Assembly: GCF_964194025.1 (NCBI RefSeq)
Contig: NC_134473.1
Span: 65,224,001-65,288,000, forward strand
From: Convolutriloba macropyga
Taxonomy: Eukaryota
Reading direction: 5' to 3'
Length of the DNA: 64,000 nucleotides
Below are positions 50,253-63,214 of this stretch, one piece after another. The notes below the pieces were generated by a model, which was not told the DNA's origin, did not search any database, and saw only the letters and a list, made by a program, of their open reading frames with translations. The translations under genes were made by a program, and so were the position numbers. Position 1 is the stretch's first letter, and each line of letters starts with the position of its first letter.

Positions 50253-51689
50253 CTTTCGCAACTAGAAATAATCGTCTAAAACTAAATTTAGGTTTAACAG
50301 TTTTAATCAACTTCTATCTAGGAGCCTTAATTTTGTCAATGAATAGAATGAACTTAAGCGAACTAGTTAAGATGACAGAGATAAATTATGCCCAAAAATT
50401 CGCGAAGTATTTGAAAGTTCTGCGTGGTGAAATATGACAGAAATGACTGAAAATATTTGTTCAATTGAGTAAATATTTACCAAAACTACTAACCAAGATA
50501 ATAAGGTACCAATTGAGTTTATTTAGCCCCATGTTTTGTGATAAAAGTGAGTTTCGTAATTTTTGAACACAGTTTCGATTCTCAATGAAAGCAAATGTTT
50601 ATTGAGGCTATGAACAAATATGATGTCACAAGATTTGGTCTTGAGAATTTCGAAGCAAAAATTGCGACAGTTGAAGTCAACGTTCGATTAAAAACGATTA
50701 TTCGTATATTTGTAATTATTTTGGATCAATTTTTGAACAAAAAGCTCTATTAGGCTAATTAGGCTAACTTTAGCAACCTTAAATATTGAATAGGGTGACA
50801 AATTTCGTCAATATATTCCACAGTCTTCAATTCTCATTTTCCAAAAACATAAAAGGGGGAGTATGCTAACAAAATTCGTTACCATATTCCAAAAAATAGG
50901 CTATTTTTAGGAATTTGGGTTAATTGATTTAAAGTTTCTTTTGGTATGGGCCGTAGTCTGAAGTGATATTTTAGGATCTTTTCCGTTTGTGCTGTTCCCA
51001 AACCCCTCTCAATGGGTGCATATTATTTGCATCTCCAAACGCACGTGCAAAATTTTACTTAATGATACACTATGTAATGACGGGTGCGCTGTAACGCAGG
51101 GGGGCACCAAGTACTGGGGGGCACAAACAGAAAATATAAAATTTTCAACAAAGCAGATATCGCTTGACTCTTCAGAGATCTGCATTGACCTCGCCGGTAA
51201 TCCTGATATTATCAGTAAAATTCCGCTACACTTCGATGAGAAAATGGAGTGCAACTGGCAATCCCATAAATTCCGCCCAGACTAATGCATGCGCTGATGG
51301 TTCTTACAGCCAATGAGAAAATTGTTTTTTGCGTTATAGCCCCCCCCCCCCCCAGTTTTCTGGTCGGATAACCTATAGCCCCCAAATCATAGTAAATATA
51401 GGGCAATCGGTGGCTATAATTTCATAGAGGGGCAATAATAGGAAAGACCCAAAAATTGTTCAAACAAATTACTTCTAATTTCTCGATGAGAAAGTTGGAA
51501 CCTATCCCCCTAATGTTTATTGTGCCCCTCAATTGTTACAAATAATGTGTCGTCATATAGCACGTTACTATGTGAAAAAAATAGCACGTGCGCCTGAGGG
51601 CGTTCAAAAATACGCTCATGGAGGTTTGAACAGAATAGATCCGAACGCTGTTTTATAAAGAGCACTTCCCAGGTTGAGGTGCCACACGG

Positions 51690-52670
51690 AAATGACTTCT
51701 GATCAGACCCAAGTCCAACACACACAGCGTGTTTCCGGACCAAAATTACAGGGTCTGGGATTTGGTTTGAGCGCAAAATAGTATGATCAGAGCTCACTTC
51801 GATCTGGGATGGTCTGATCAGAGGTCACTTCGGGATTATTATAGTCTGTTCAGAGGTCTTTTCCGTCTATGTTGGTCTGATCAGAGGCGAATTCTAGCAA
51901 ACATTAGTCTGATTAGAGAAGATTCTAAGCGCAATTGGGCGTGATCAGAGACCAATTCGATCGCATTTTTTTCAAAGATGTGTTGGCTCTAGAAGCAACA
52001 AAAAAGCAGCTTTTTGATCAGAGACACACCTAGAGTCTGATGGCTCCGATCAGAAGCAAAAGGGTTTAGCTAATAGCAAATACCGGTCCCTTTAAGAGGA
52101 AATTTTGATTAAATGTAGATGACGACGTTTAAGGGTGTTGTCTAAGTTGGTCTAACTATTCACTAATGGTATACAAAAATAGTTTTTTTTTCTCAACAGT
52201 TGGGTTTTATTTTCATTAGCAATACTTTTAGAACAGGTTTTTCCTTAGATGAATTTAATACTGCAAACAAATATTTTTATGGAATGAAAATGTTTTAGCA
52301 AAATTAAAGAGATTCGTTCGTAGTGAAAAACATTTACTGGTCAGACTATTTCGAGCGCAAATGAGTCTGATCAGAGGTAATTTCAAGCGCACAATAGTCT
52401 GATCAGGACTGACTTTTAAGCGCACAATAGTCTGATCAGAAGTAATTTTGAGCGCACAATCGTCTAGACAATGATTTGGGTTTTGTCTGGGCCACGATTG
52501 CACAATCGCACGAACAATGGTCTGATTTCTTTCTGATCGGAAGTCATTTCCGTCTGGCAAGATCTGTCCAGAGACTACTTCGACCGCACTCCGAGCGAGC
52601 GCACACGGTGTTTCGAGCGGACATCAGTCTGATCATTGGACACTTTGGTCTGGGATGGTCCGTGTGAGGT
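51690..52670. repeat. Degenerate ~30-bp repeats containing the palindrome TCTGATCAGA
   Basis: Many GTCTGATCAGAG copies at 51690-52050 and 52340-52660; related motifs at ~39000-39100, ~40080-40190 and ~43720. Confidence 0.75.
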
Positions 52671-53614
52671 TACTTTTGTCTGGCACCTCAAAATGGGTTC
52701 CTTGTTTCCTAGTGGGATTCCGGTTGCAAAAAAGTTTTCATTCCACTATGGAGTGTGAAAGGATTTATGTTTAATTTAGTGGTCGTTTATGTTTAAGGCG
52801 TTTTGCTCGGAAAATTGTGAAAGTGTTTTTTTTAAACGAATGAATCTTCAACTATTTCTTCTATTTGTTTGCATTTACAATGGGGCTGCATTGATAGTAT
52901 TTTATAGTTTGAAGAACGCTACCCAGCATACCATTTTGAGCTAGAATTTAATTTCTGTTTGTGACAGCTTTTTTATGATTATCCTCACAGAAATCCCAAA
53001 ATCGCTGATGTGAAAATACAAATAAATTTCAGTACAATAGACAAACAAAAAGTGCAAGTAAATAATCTGATAGCACATGTTAACAATTATGATTTGCAGT
53101 ACTCGCAAGTAGGCAAGACATATTTGAAAAATTATAAAAACCAATTTAAATGATAAGTGAAGTTCCGTCATGTTTTTCCTTCAATCTGCTGAAAAGTTTA
53201 TGACGAGTCAATTTCATGTTCTAGCTGAATCTGTTATCCTAGTCGGAAAAATCGGTGAAATTGCCAGCTTCCTACTTTGTGTGGTTTCCGGAATTCGTCG
53301 GGCTATGCTTGCCTTTAACTTTTGCGGACTTTTTTCATTGAGGTTACTTCTCACAAACGATAGGTTGTATCGTAAATGTTTCTATATAGAAGGATGATTC
53401 AGGTCGCCTTTTTCGATTTTGCCCACTAGCCCAGACATAAAATGATACATTCGATGATTCGTTCAAACGAAATCGACTTCTGTTCACATGACTTCACGAA
53501 TCAACTGCTGTGAGAAATCATTGGTGATTTGACATGAATAAAATCACAGTTCTACTACCACGTTTGAAGAGAGGTTGATAAGAGACGTGAAAACAGATTT
53601 AATCGACCACAATT

Positions 53615-53769
53615 ATGTCCTGCAGATCTTGCTTGTTTTTGTTTTCGTCATGTGTTTATCTGATCTCAATCTTCTTGGGTGCTGATTGCGTACTAAATGG
53701 AACATACGTCAACCAAAGAGACTACCCTTTCTTCGTGGCTATTCTCTTCACTATGGAAAACTACGACAG
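53615..53769 (+). CDS. Trypsin-family (S1) serine protease homologue, exon 1
   Basis: Signal peptide then VLNGTYVNQRDYPFFVAI, which resembles IVGG...YPW.V.L. Phase-2 donor AG|GTCAGG. Confidence 0.8.
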
Positions 53770-53925
53770 GTCAGGTCAATTCATTCCCAGTTTGCCCAAT
53801 CTTGGAAAACGTTGAAAGGCAGTATATGGCACAGTATAAGTCTAAGAAAAAACCGTACTAAATCTTGTTAAGTTTTCTACAGCACGTAATAAGCCCGCAC
53901 TAAGATTTCCATGTTACCGTATTAA

Positions 53926-54522
53926 GGCTGCATCATGATTACACTCATTGACAAAAATAAACACACAAAATGCAGTTTTACATGGTAAATTGCCTGTTTT
54001 TGAAGTAAATTTTACTCAACATATTCTTAGTCGTTCCTTTTGATTTTTATGTCAATCGAAGCATTATCATCAGAAGTTTAATAGATCTGTTTTTGTATAA
54101 AATGACAAGCTTATTTTCAGAAAAAACCAGATAGAAGTTGGCAAGTTTTCCATAAGTAGATGTATTTTGAGTCCCACGTAAAATTTGTTCAAATTGGTCA
54201 TGTCTGTTTAATTTTAAGAAAGTTTTTGCATTGTGAATTCAAAAAATTTATTAGCGAACATGTTGACTAATTTTCATGTGGGACTCAAAATAGAGGAACC
54301 TATGGAAGACTGGCCAAATGCTATCTAGATTTTTTCTGTAAGTAAGCTTGTCAGTTTACCCAAAAACAGATCTACTAAATTTCTGATGATTATGCGTCGA
54401 ATGACATAAAAATCAAAATGAACGAACAAAATAATGTTGAGTAAAAATGACTTCAGGCAATTTACCAAGTAAAACTGCATGTTGTGCAATTACTTTTCTC
54501 ACTGAGTGTAATAAGATGCCGT
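53926..54522. mobile_element. Long-arm palindromic MITE (~270-bp diverged inverted arms)
   Basis: ATGCAGTTTTACATGGTAAATTGCCTG mirrors CAGGCAATTTACCAAGTAAAACTGCAT, and TATTTTGAGTCCCAC mirrors GTGGGACTCAAAATA. Confidence 0.88.
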
Positions 54523-57209
54523 ACTCGATTTGACTTTTTGAGATTTAACCAGTTTAGTTTTTGTGTTTTTCCCTCCGCTTTTTTCATTCCGGGCTGTGTT
54601 CCGGCAGTGGCCAAGTTACTAAAATTCATTATAGGAAAACTGATAACGTACTGTAAAAACCAAAAACCGTACCAGACAACAAAAACGCACAACAAAAAGC
54701 CGCTTGTTGTAGGCTTTGTTAGGGAACAATGCTGTAAAAACAAAACACAGAAGAGCAATATTGGTAATGGATTTTTAAATGCCGCAAATTTATAGCTGAG
54801 GCTATTATTGGCCTTCTCTTGTTGTTTTTATTTTGTAGTCAAGGTGTTTGCTACGACCATATAACGTCACAATCACTTCAAATCTTCCTTTTGGTCATTT
54901 GTTTAAGCAATTTCAACTGAATTTCGTGCGTAACGTCAGTTTTCACTCTTATTTGATCAATTTTTTGTTCATTCGCGTGATTAACTTTTTGGTCATGCGT
55001 GATTTAACTCACTCTCAAAAACGACTTCCTCACACTGACTGTGACATTCCTTCACTTTAATTTAAAGGGATTAGGTCACGTATGTCGCTTCAGGTCATGT
55101 ATGAATGTATGTCGCTTTAATTGATGGTTACTCGATGGCAGCTATTACTAAACCGCGGCTAGCTACTGATGAAGCCAACCGCTCGCCGGTCCCTTGAGAG
55201 CAATTTGCCCGAAGTTAGATGGCTATGTTTTTAAATAGTTGTTTTACACTTAAGAGGGAGCAATTATTGTATTGATGAATACGAGAAAGTTGCAAAATTT
55301 GCAAAAACTTTTGACAGCACGATAGTATTTGATTACAAAAATTCTTTCAGAAAATTTCTGGTTACTCTTAGTTTTACATTCGATTTTGCTATTTTTGAAC
55401 CGATGGAAATATGACAACATGTAGCAATCTTTATCACTTATTACTTTCAAATGATATTTTGTATCTTACTAGAACCAAAATGAAGTTGGTTCGATACTGA
55501 CCAGAATAATTTTGAACCATATTGATTTTAGATTGGTTGAGTTATTCACAAATTCTACCAATTGCAAATAAAAATTATGCAGATTTATGAGGTTGAACCA
55601 GAGGAGCTTCACGGAAACCCAACTGAAGCATTTTTTGATCGTCATGGAGTTTTCTGAAGTTTACAATTTGCCGCAAAGCAAAACAAAGTTGTGTCAGATA
55701 GAATGTTATGTCATGACTTCTTTTAGCTGAACAATTGTGCTCAAAACTGCCCAATTGTTCATTTATAGATCTATAAAACAAACTTATGAGATCAATTTTT
55801 GAAGACGAAAAAAAAGTTTTGATTTTGATTTGGAATTCTCAGGCCTTTGTTGATCGTCAGTTGAAATTGTGGATGGAAATGTTGTTGTCGACACTTATTT
55901 AGAAATTTTTGAGCATCTGAAGAACTGCAACTGTACCAAAAAAATTATTCGATTACTTATCAGGCGAATTGAAATGATCTGTTTATGAATGAGATCCCAT
56001 TGGTTTTAGGGCTCAGTCTTTTTTGCCGTCCTGTTAGTTGTCCAACTTTGACCCTTACATAGTCTTAAATTGCTCTCGAACAAAGTTCTTTTATGTAAAA
56101 TCTTTGCTAGATACTTTTTTGCAATTTTGTTTTAGAAGTAATGTTTCCGTGACTCTGCTTGAACTCACTAAGAACATCTGGCGTTTATCGAGAACCGCGA
56201 AGCAGTTCGAGCTATTCAGTCGGATTTGCTAAGTGATTTCTATAGAGTCACGTAACCATGCTTAAAACACGGAACGCGCGTTTTAAAACGACGCAAATCA
56301 ACGGAGGTAAACTTCTTGCTAAGTAGCAACTTCTGGCATTTTAACTTCCGTCACCGCAAATTTTCTACGCTTTAACTTTTTGCGCTTGAGTTCTTTATTT
56401 TTGAGTGATTAATGTTGGTCTCTTCCTCAAGAAGGTTTTGTTGCTACTATAAAAACGATTGTGGCAAGAAGAGTTAACGCTACTGTACCGGAGTTGATAA
56501 TATGTTGGACTGGCAACCTAACAGGCCAAGTGCTGAACACTTGTGGGGTCGGAGTCATTTGCTTCCATTACAAATTTCTCAGCTAAATCCCTTCTATTTG
56601 AAATTGCTCTCGCCTGTCCTTTGAGAGCAATTCAAACAACGTTGGTCGGTATATAATAAATTTTTCTTCCCTTTTTTCAAACCTTAAACTGTTAGCTGCG
56701 GTCCTCAGATAAGATCTCAGAACTTTTTATTAGTGTTCACCATTTTCGATATTTTACATCAGCCGTAAGGCAATTTCGACACCAAAAAAGAAAAGATTGT
56801 TTTGTGTTGGTGGCGAGGTAATTGCTGTCTCATAACAAGTGTCAATCTTCTGAATGATCAAACAATTTTAATTTCGTGTTGGATGTGAGTTAACTCATTT
56901 TTTATTCAAAGGATAGACACTGCAGAATATTTTAGAAATGGACTATCAAAAAGTTTATTTTGTAATTAATGTTCTTTAAACAGTGTTTTGATTTTGTATA
57001 AAAATAAAGACACTTTCAGCATTAATGGATTACAGCCTTTCATCTTTAATTGATTATAAACGAATAAGTGATCTATTAAAATTTAGGCATTTTACACGGA
57101 TTTCAGAAAACAAAACTATTTGTTTTAAATTTGAGGCGAAAAGGTAGTGCAGAAATGCGAAGAAATCTCTACATTGGTTAGTTTATGCATTTTCTTTTCA
57201 ATTAGCAGG

Positions 57210-57670
57210 GGTGTGACGCAGTATGGTGCGGTTATATCTGTGGTGTAATGTAGCATGGTGTGGTACTGCGTGTGGTGTGACGTTGTGTGATGTGAGTTTT
57301 CATGTTTTGTGGTGTAGTATGGCGTGAAAATGCCAGTGGTGTGATGTAATTGTTTTTAGAATCCCTGTGGTGTGATGTAGTATGTTGTGCATATGGCTGT
57401 GGTGTTAATTAGTATGCTGTGAAAACGACTGTGGTGTGATTTAGTACGGTGTTAAAATGCCTATGGTGTGATGTACTGTTTTGTGAAAATTCCTGTGCTG
57501 TGATGTAAAATGATGTGGATATGCATGTGGTGTGATGTAGTATGAGTTGAATATGCCTGTTGTGTGATGTTTTTTGGTGTGAAAATGACTGTAGCGTGAT
57601 GTAGTATGACGTGAAGATGCCTTTGGTGTGATGTAGTATGATGACAGTGGTTCGCTGTTAGATGGTGTGA
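57210..57670. repeat. Degenerate ~30-bp TG-rich minisatellite
   Basis: Recurring CTGTGGTGTGATGTAGTATG. Confidence 0.85.
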
Positions 57671-58362
57671 AAATAGCTCAGAACTGATAAACAATCATTG
57701 CTGAAACAGTTTAAAAACAGTGTATTTTAAGCTGACAATCGATGCCGAAGCAGGCTGAAGACAGTGTATTTTGGGCTGACAAGCAGGGCTGAAACAAGTT
57801 CAAATCAGTATGTTTTTAGGTTGACAAGAGATATACATTTATGTTAATTGGGCTGCTAATTGCATTGTAACAGTTATGGAGAGATCAATTTCAGGATAAA
57901 GTCGGAAGTACAATTGTACTCTGAAAAAAAGACCACTCATTGTATTTTGACAAGAACAGAATAAGTAAAAATGTAAAACAGTCTATTTACTGTTTCTGGA
58001 TTTGCAATGGTTCGGTATTGAAAAACTTTTGAAGCTCAGCCCGGTTTTACAACAATTTTAAGTTTGCGTTTACTTTTCAGCATAATCTCTAGAAAAAAGC
58101 AATTACCGATAACTCACTCTAATATGTTTACCTTTGTTTCTCAACGACAACCGTTACGAAGATACAATGATGCGGTTCTTTTCAGTCCGTGATGAAAAAA
58201 TTAGAACCCATAAAATACAAAAATTAGAAACCTAAATTTTTTAGTAATCCTAATACAAAAGCGAGTGTGTTACAAAAACTATTTGCCGTTATTCTTAGTT
58301 TTTGCCGCTTTGAGACATTTTTGCGGTCGAAGGTAAATGCGAATGTTGCTTGATTGTATTAG

Positions 58363-59027
58363 CCGGGTCGAGTCGAGGTGTCAACGCTAAAAACCGCTAC
58401 AAAAGTTAAGATTTGCGTGAATGCGGCGAAAAGATGTAAGAATTGCGACTTTTAGCGTTGAATGCGATGAATGCGGTGAAAAAGAAATAAGTCACCGCTA
58501 AAAATTACTGTATATTTTTTGCGGTGAATTTTTGTAAAATTTGCGGTTCTTAGTGGTGAAAATTTTATTTTCACCGCTTCCCGGTGGTAGCAGTGAATTA
58601 TTATTTTTCACGGCTTAAGCGGTAAAAATAAAAAATTCGCTGCTAAACCCTAAATCTTACAAAATTTCAACGCATTTGTTTTCATAACGTTTATTTAATC
58701 TGATTTAAATTCACAACAAAAGTTAACAAATTTAGTGACAGATGGCGCAGTGGAATAAGATGTTCTTGACATGCAGGGGATGAGAGGTTCGAACCAATGT
58801 ACGGCAGCTTCTTTATTGTAAGAAATCGGGTGAAAATTTCAGCGCTAAAAATCGCAAATCTTACAAAAATTCACCGGTAAAAACCGCAAATCAAATCTTA
58901 CAAAAATTCACCGCTTTCACGTCATTCATCGCAAAAAGATGCGGGCGCTTTGCGGTGAAAAATATTTTCTTTTCACCGCTATTCACCGCAATTCTTACGT
59001 TATTTCTCGACCAAACCTCGACCCGGG
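58363..59027. mobile_element. MITE with CCGGGTCGAG...CTCGACCCGG TIRs, GCGGTGAA/TTCACCGC subrepeats and a central tRNA-like A/B box
   Basis: Terminal inverted match; TGGCGCAGTGG (58743) and GGTTCGAACC (58786). Confidence 0.75.
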
Positions 59028-59214
59028 AATGGACGGACATTATGAGCGATTTGGAATTATGGCAACTGTAGAGGTAAATAAAAGCCATTTTCGTAAATAA
59101 TTTCTGATATGCATTAAAGTGATAATCCGTACTCGGCAATTGTCACAAAGGCTAATATAATCCTTTCCGCTAATGTCCCCGTACGTTATGTGCTGTGTCA
59201 CGTGTAATGTGTAT

Positions 59215-62200
59215 CCCGGGCCGAGGTGTCAACGCTAAAAAACGCAAAATTATGTATGATTGGCGTTGAATGCGTTGAATTTATGTAAGATCTACGCTTG
59301 AGCGTAGATCTTACATAAATTCAACGCATTCAACACCAATCTTACATAATTTTGCGTTGAATTTAGGCGTAGATCTTACATATTTAGCGTTGAATTTTAG
59401 CGTAGTTCTTACATATTTAGCGTTGAATTTAGCGTAGATCTTACATAAATTCAACGCATTCAACGCCAATCTTATATATTTTGCGTTGAAATTTGGCGTA
59501 GATCTTACATATTTAGCGTTGAACTTTAGCGCAGATCTTACAATTTTAGCGTTGAATTTAGCGTACATCTTACATAAATTCAACGCATTCAACGCCAATC
59601 TTACATAATTTTGCGTTGAATTTTGGCGTAGATCTTACATATTTAGCGTTGAATTTTAGCGTAGATCTTACATTTTAGCGTTGAAATTAGCGTAGATCTT
59701 ATATAAATTCAACGCATTCAACGCCAGTCTTATATATTTTGCGTTAAAATTTGGCGTAGATCTTACATATATAGCGTTGAATTTTAGCGGAGATCTTACA
59801 TATTTAGCGTTGAATTTAGCGTAGATCTTACATAAATTCAACGCTTTCAACACCAATCTTACATATTTTGCGTAGAATTTTGGCGTAGATCTTACAAATC
59901 TAAGTTTGAATTTTTTGAATTCCATTTCAGACCACTTCATAATTACAAAATTTTTTCAAATTTTTTTTCAAAAAGTCAATTTTTTCACTGTTTCGACCCC
60001 TATAATTCACAGGTGAGAAAAGCGAAGTCAGCAAAAAACCACTTTTTAGTGCTCTTTTATAGTGCAAAATCCATTTGAGACCATTTTACGATTTCAAAAC
60101 TTTTCCAAGTTTTTTTCGAAAAATCATTTTTTTTTTCACTGTTTCGACCCCTATGCTGCAAAGGTGAGAAACGTGAAGTCGGAGAAAAATCATTTTTAGC
60201 GCTCTTTTATAGTGCAAAATCCAATTCAGACCATTTCACGATTTCAATTTTTTCAAGTTTTTTTTTCAAAAAATTAATTTTTTCTACCGTTTAGACCCCT
60301 ATACTGCACAATTGAGAAAAATCAATTTTTAGTGCTCTTTTATAGTGCAGAATCCGTTTCAGACCATTTTGCGATTTCAAAACTTTTTCAAGTTTTTTTT
60401 TCGAAAAAATAATTTTTTCACTATTTCGAGCCCTATACTCCAAAAGTGGGTAACAAGAAGTCAGAAAAAAATCTTTTTCAGTGCTCTTTTATAGCGCAAA
60501 ATCCAATTCAGACCATTTGAAGATTTCAAATTTTTCAAGTTTTTTTTGGAAAAATTAATTTTTTTACCGTTTAGACCCCTATACTGCACAATTGAGAAAA
60601 ATGAAGTCAGCAAAAAATGACCAATTGCTCTCTTACTGTGCAAAAACCATTTCAGACCATTTTAGAAATTCAACGCCAATCTTACATAATTTTGCGTTGA
60701 ATTTTGGCGTAGATCTTACATATTTAGCGTTGAATTTTAGCGTAGATCTTACATTTTAGAGTTGAATTTAGCGTAGATCTTACATAAATTCAACGCTTTC
60801 AACACCAATCTTACATATTTTGCGTAGAATTTTGGCGTAGATCTTACAAATCTAAGTTTGAATTTTTTGAATTCCATTTCAGACCACTTCATGATTACAA
60901 AATTTTTTCAAATTTTTTTTCAAAAAGTCAATTTTTTCACTGTTTCGACCCCTATACTTCACAGGTGAGAAAAGCGAAGTCAGCAAAAAACCACTTTTTA
61001 GTGCTCTTTTATAGTGCAAAATCCATTTGAGACCATTTTACGATTTCAAAACTTTTTCAAGTTTTTTTTTCGAAAAAATAATTTTTTCACTATTTCGAGC
61101 CCTATACTCCAAAAGTGGGTAACAAGAAGTCAGAAAAAAATCTTTTTCAGTGCTCTTTTATAGCGCAAAATCCAATTCAGACCATTTGAAGATTTCAAAT
61201 TTTTCAAGTTTTTTTTGGAAAAGTTAATTTTTTTACCGTTTAGACCCCTATACTGCACAATTGAGAAAAATGAAGTCAGCAAAAAATGACCAATTGCTCT
61301 CTTACGGTGCAAAAACCATTTCAGACCATTTTAGAAATTCAACGCCAATCTTACATAATTTTGCGTTGAATTTTGGCGTAGATCTTACATATTTAGCGTT
61401 GAATTTTAGCGTAGATCTTACATTTTAGAGTTGAATTTAGCGTAGATCTTACATAAATTCAACGCTTTCAACACCAATCTTACATATTTTGCGTAGAATT
61501 TTGGCGTAGATCTTACAAATCTAAGTTTGAATTTTTTGAATTCCATTTCAGACCACTTCATGATTACAAAATTTTTTCAAATTTTTTTTCAAAAAGTCAA
61601 TTTTTTCACTGTTTCGACCCCTATACTTCACAGGTGAGAAAAGCGAAGTCAGCAAAAAACCACTTTTTAGTGCTCTTTTATAGTGCAAAATCCATTTGAG
61701 ACCATTTTACGATTTCAAAACTTTTCCAAGTTTTTTTCGAAAAATCAATTTTTTTTCACTGTTTCGACCCCTATGCTGCAAAGGTGAGAAACGTGAAGTC
61801 GGAGAAAAATCATTTTTAGCGCTCTTTTATAGTGCAAAATCCAATTCAGACCATTTTACGATTTCAATTTTTTCAAGTTTTTTTTTCAAAAAATTAATTT
61901 TTTTACCGTTTAGACCCCTATACTGCACAATTGAGAAAAATCAATTTTTAGTGCTCTTTTATAGTGCAGAATCCGTTTCAGACCATTTTGCGATTTCAAA
62001 ACTTTTTCAAGTTTTTTTTTCGAAAAAATAATTTTTTCACTATTTCGAGCCCTATACTCCAAAAGTGAGTAACAAGAAGTCAGAAAAAAATCTTTTTCAG
62101 TGCTCTTTTATAGCGCAAAATCCAATTCAGACCATTTGAAGATTTCAAATTTTTCAAGTTTTTTTTGGAAAAGTTAATTTTTTTACCGTTTAGACCCCTA

Positions 62201-62674
62201 TACTGCACAATTGAGAAAAATGAAGTCAGCAAAAAATGACCAATTGCTCTCTTACGGTGCAAAAACCATTTCAGACCATTTTAGAAATTCATTTTTTTTT
62301 TCAAAACTTAAAAAAATTTTTAATTTTTTCGCAGTACTTCTCACATGATAAATGCGTTGAATACGTTGAAATTATGTAAGATCTCGGCTAAATTCAACGA
62401 AAAATATGTAAGATCTAGGCTATATTCAACGAAATATATGCAAGTTCTACGCTAAATTCAATGCAAAATATGTAAGGTCTACGCTAGATTCAACCCAAAA
62501 TATGTAAGATCTACGCTTTATAAGGATTGCGTCTCTTAAGTGCGTTGAATTTTTGTCTTTAAATTCAACGCATTCAACGCAAAATTATGTAAGAAAATTG
62601 TTGTGAATTTTCAACTTGTCAACGCTAGTTGCCGCTGATCTTACATAATTTTTGGCCAAATTCCTCGGCCCGGG
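59215..62674. mobile_element. 3.46-kb non-autonomous foldback-type DNA element filled with tandem repeats
   Basis: Perfect 12-bp TIR CCCGGGCCGAGG / CCTCGGCCCGGG with AT on both flanks. ~31-bp GCGTAGATCTTACATA arrays are inverted near the right end; internal ~120-bp units occur in higher-order blocks. Confidence 0.88.
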
Positions 62675-62972
62675 ATATAATTTCACTCATATATCATTTT
62701 TTGAGTTTATATAATATTATATCAACTTCGCGCCTGGTGGGTGTTAATAATATGGCGGTGGCATTATTTCCCCAGTCCCCCAGTGTTTTTTGTAACCCCT
62801 ACTTAGAAAATGTTATATAGCACGTTACTATGTGAAATATAGCACATGCGCTTGAGAAGTTTTATGTCCTCTAAGATGGGGGGATGACATAACAGATCCG
62901 CCCAAATAAACCCGTCTATGATTTCGTACCTGCTTTGCACTTCGGTTGAGATGATAATTAATGATTTTACAG

Positions 62973-63214
62973 TTTTCGTGCCATAATGAGTTCCAATGCA
63001 ACAATCTATACATGCGGAGGAGCTCTCATGAAGGGACCAGATGGGATACCAATGGTGGTCACTGCTCTCACCTGTCTGCTCCAGGTGGGCTTAGGATACA
63101 AAAACAACAACAACAACAACAATGAGGTTAATGCCGACGATGTTCACATGAGATACTATTTCATCAGGACAGAGTGGGATACCTCTGATATCAATTATGG
63201 GAGTTACAGTCCAG
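62973..63214 (+). CDS. Trypsin-family homologue, exon 2 (catalytic His replaced)
   Basis: Acceptor TTTTACAG at 62972, phase 2 matching exon 1; (S)FRAIMSSNATIYTCGGALMKGPDGIPMVVTALTCLL. Donor CAG|GTGAGA at 63214. The gene continues beyond the window. Confidence 0.82.

Noticed and set aside
58741-58805. Intact tRNA gene
   Set aside because: A and B boxes are present, but acceptor and anticodon stems cannot be formed convincingly.
59311-59940. Repetitive KFNAKYVRS ORFs
   Set aside because: Translation of the ~31-bp minisatellite inside the foldback element.
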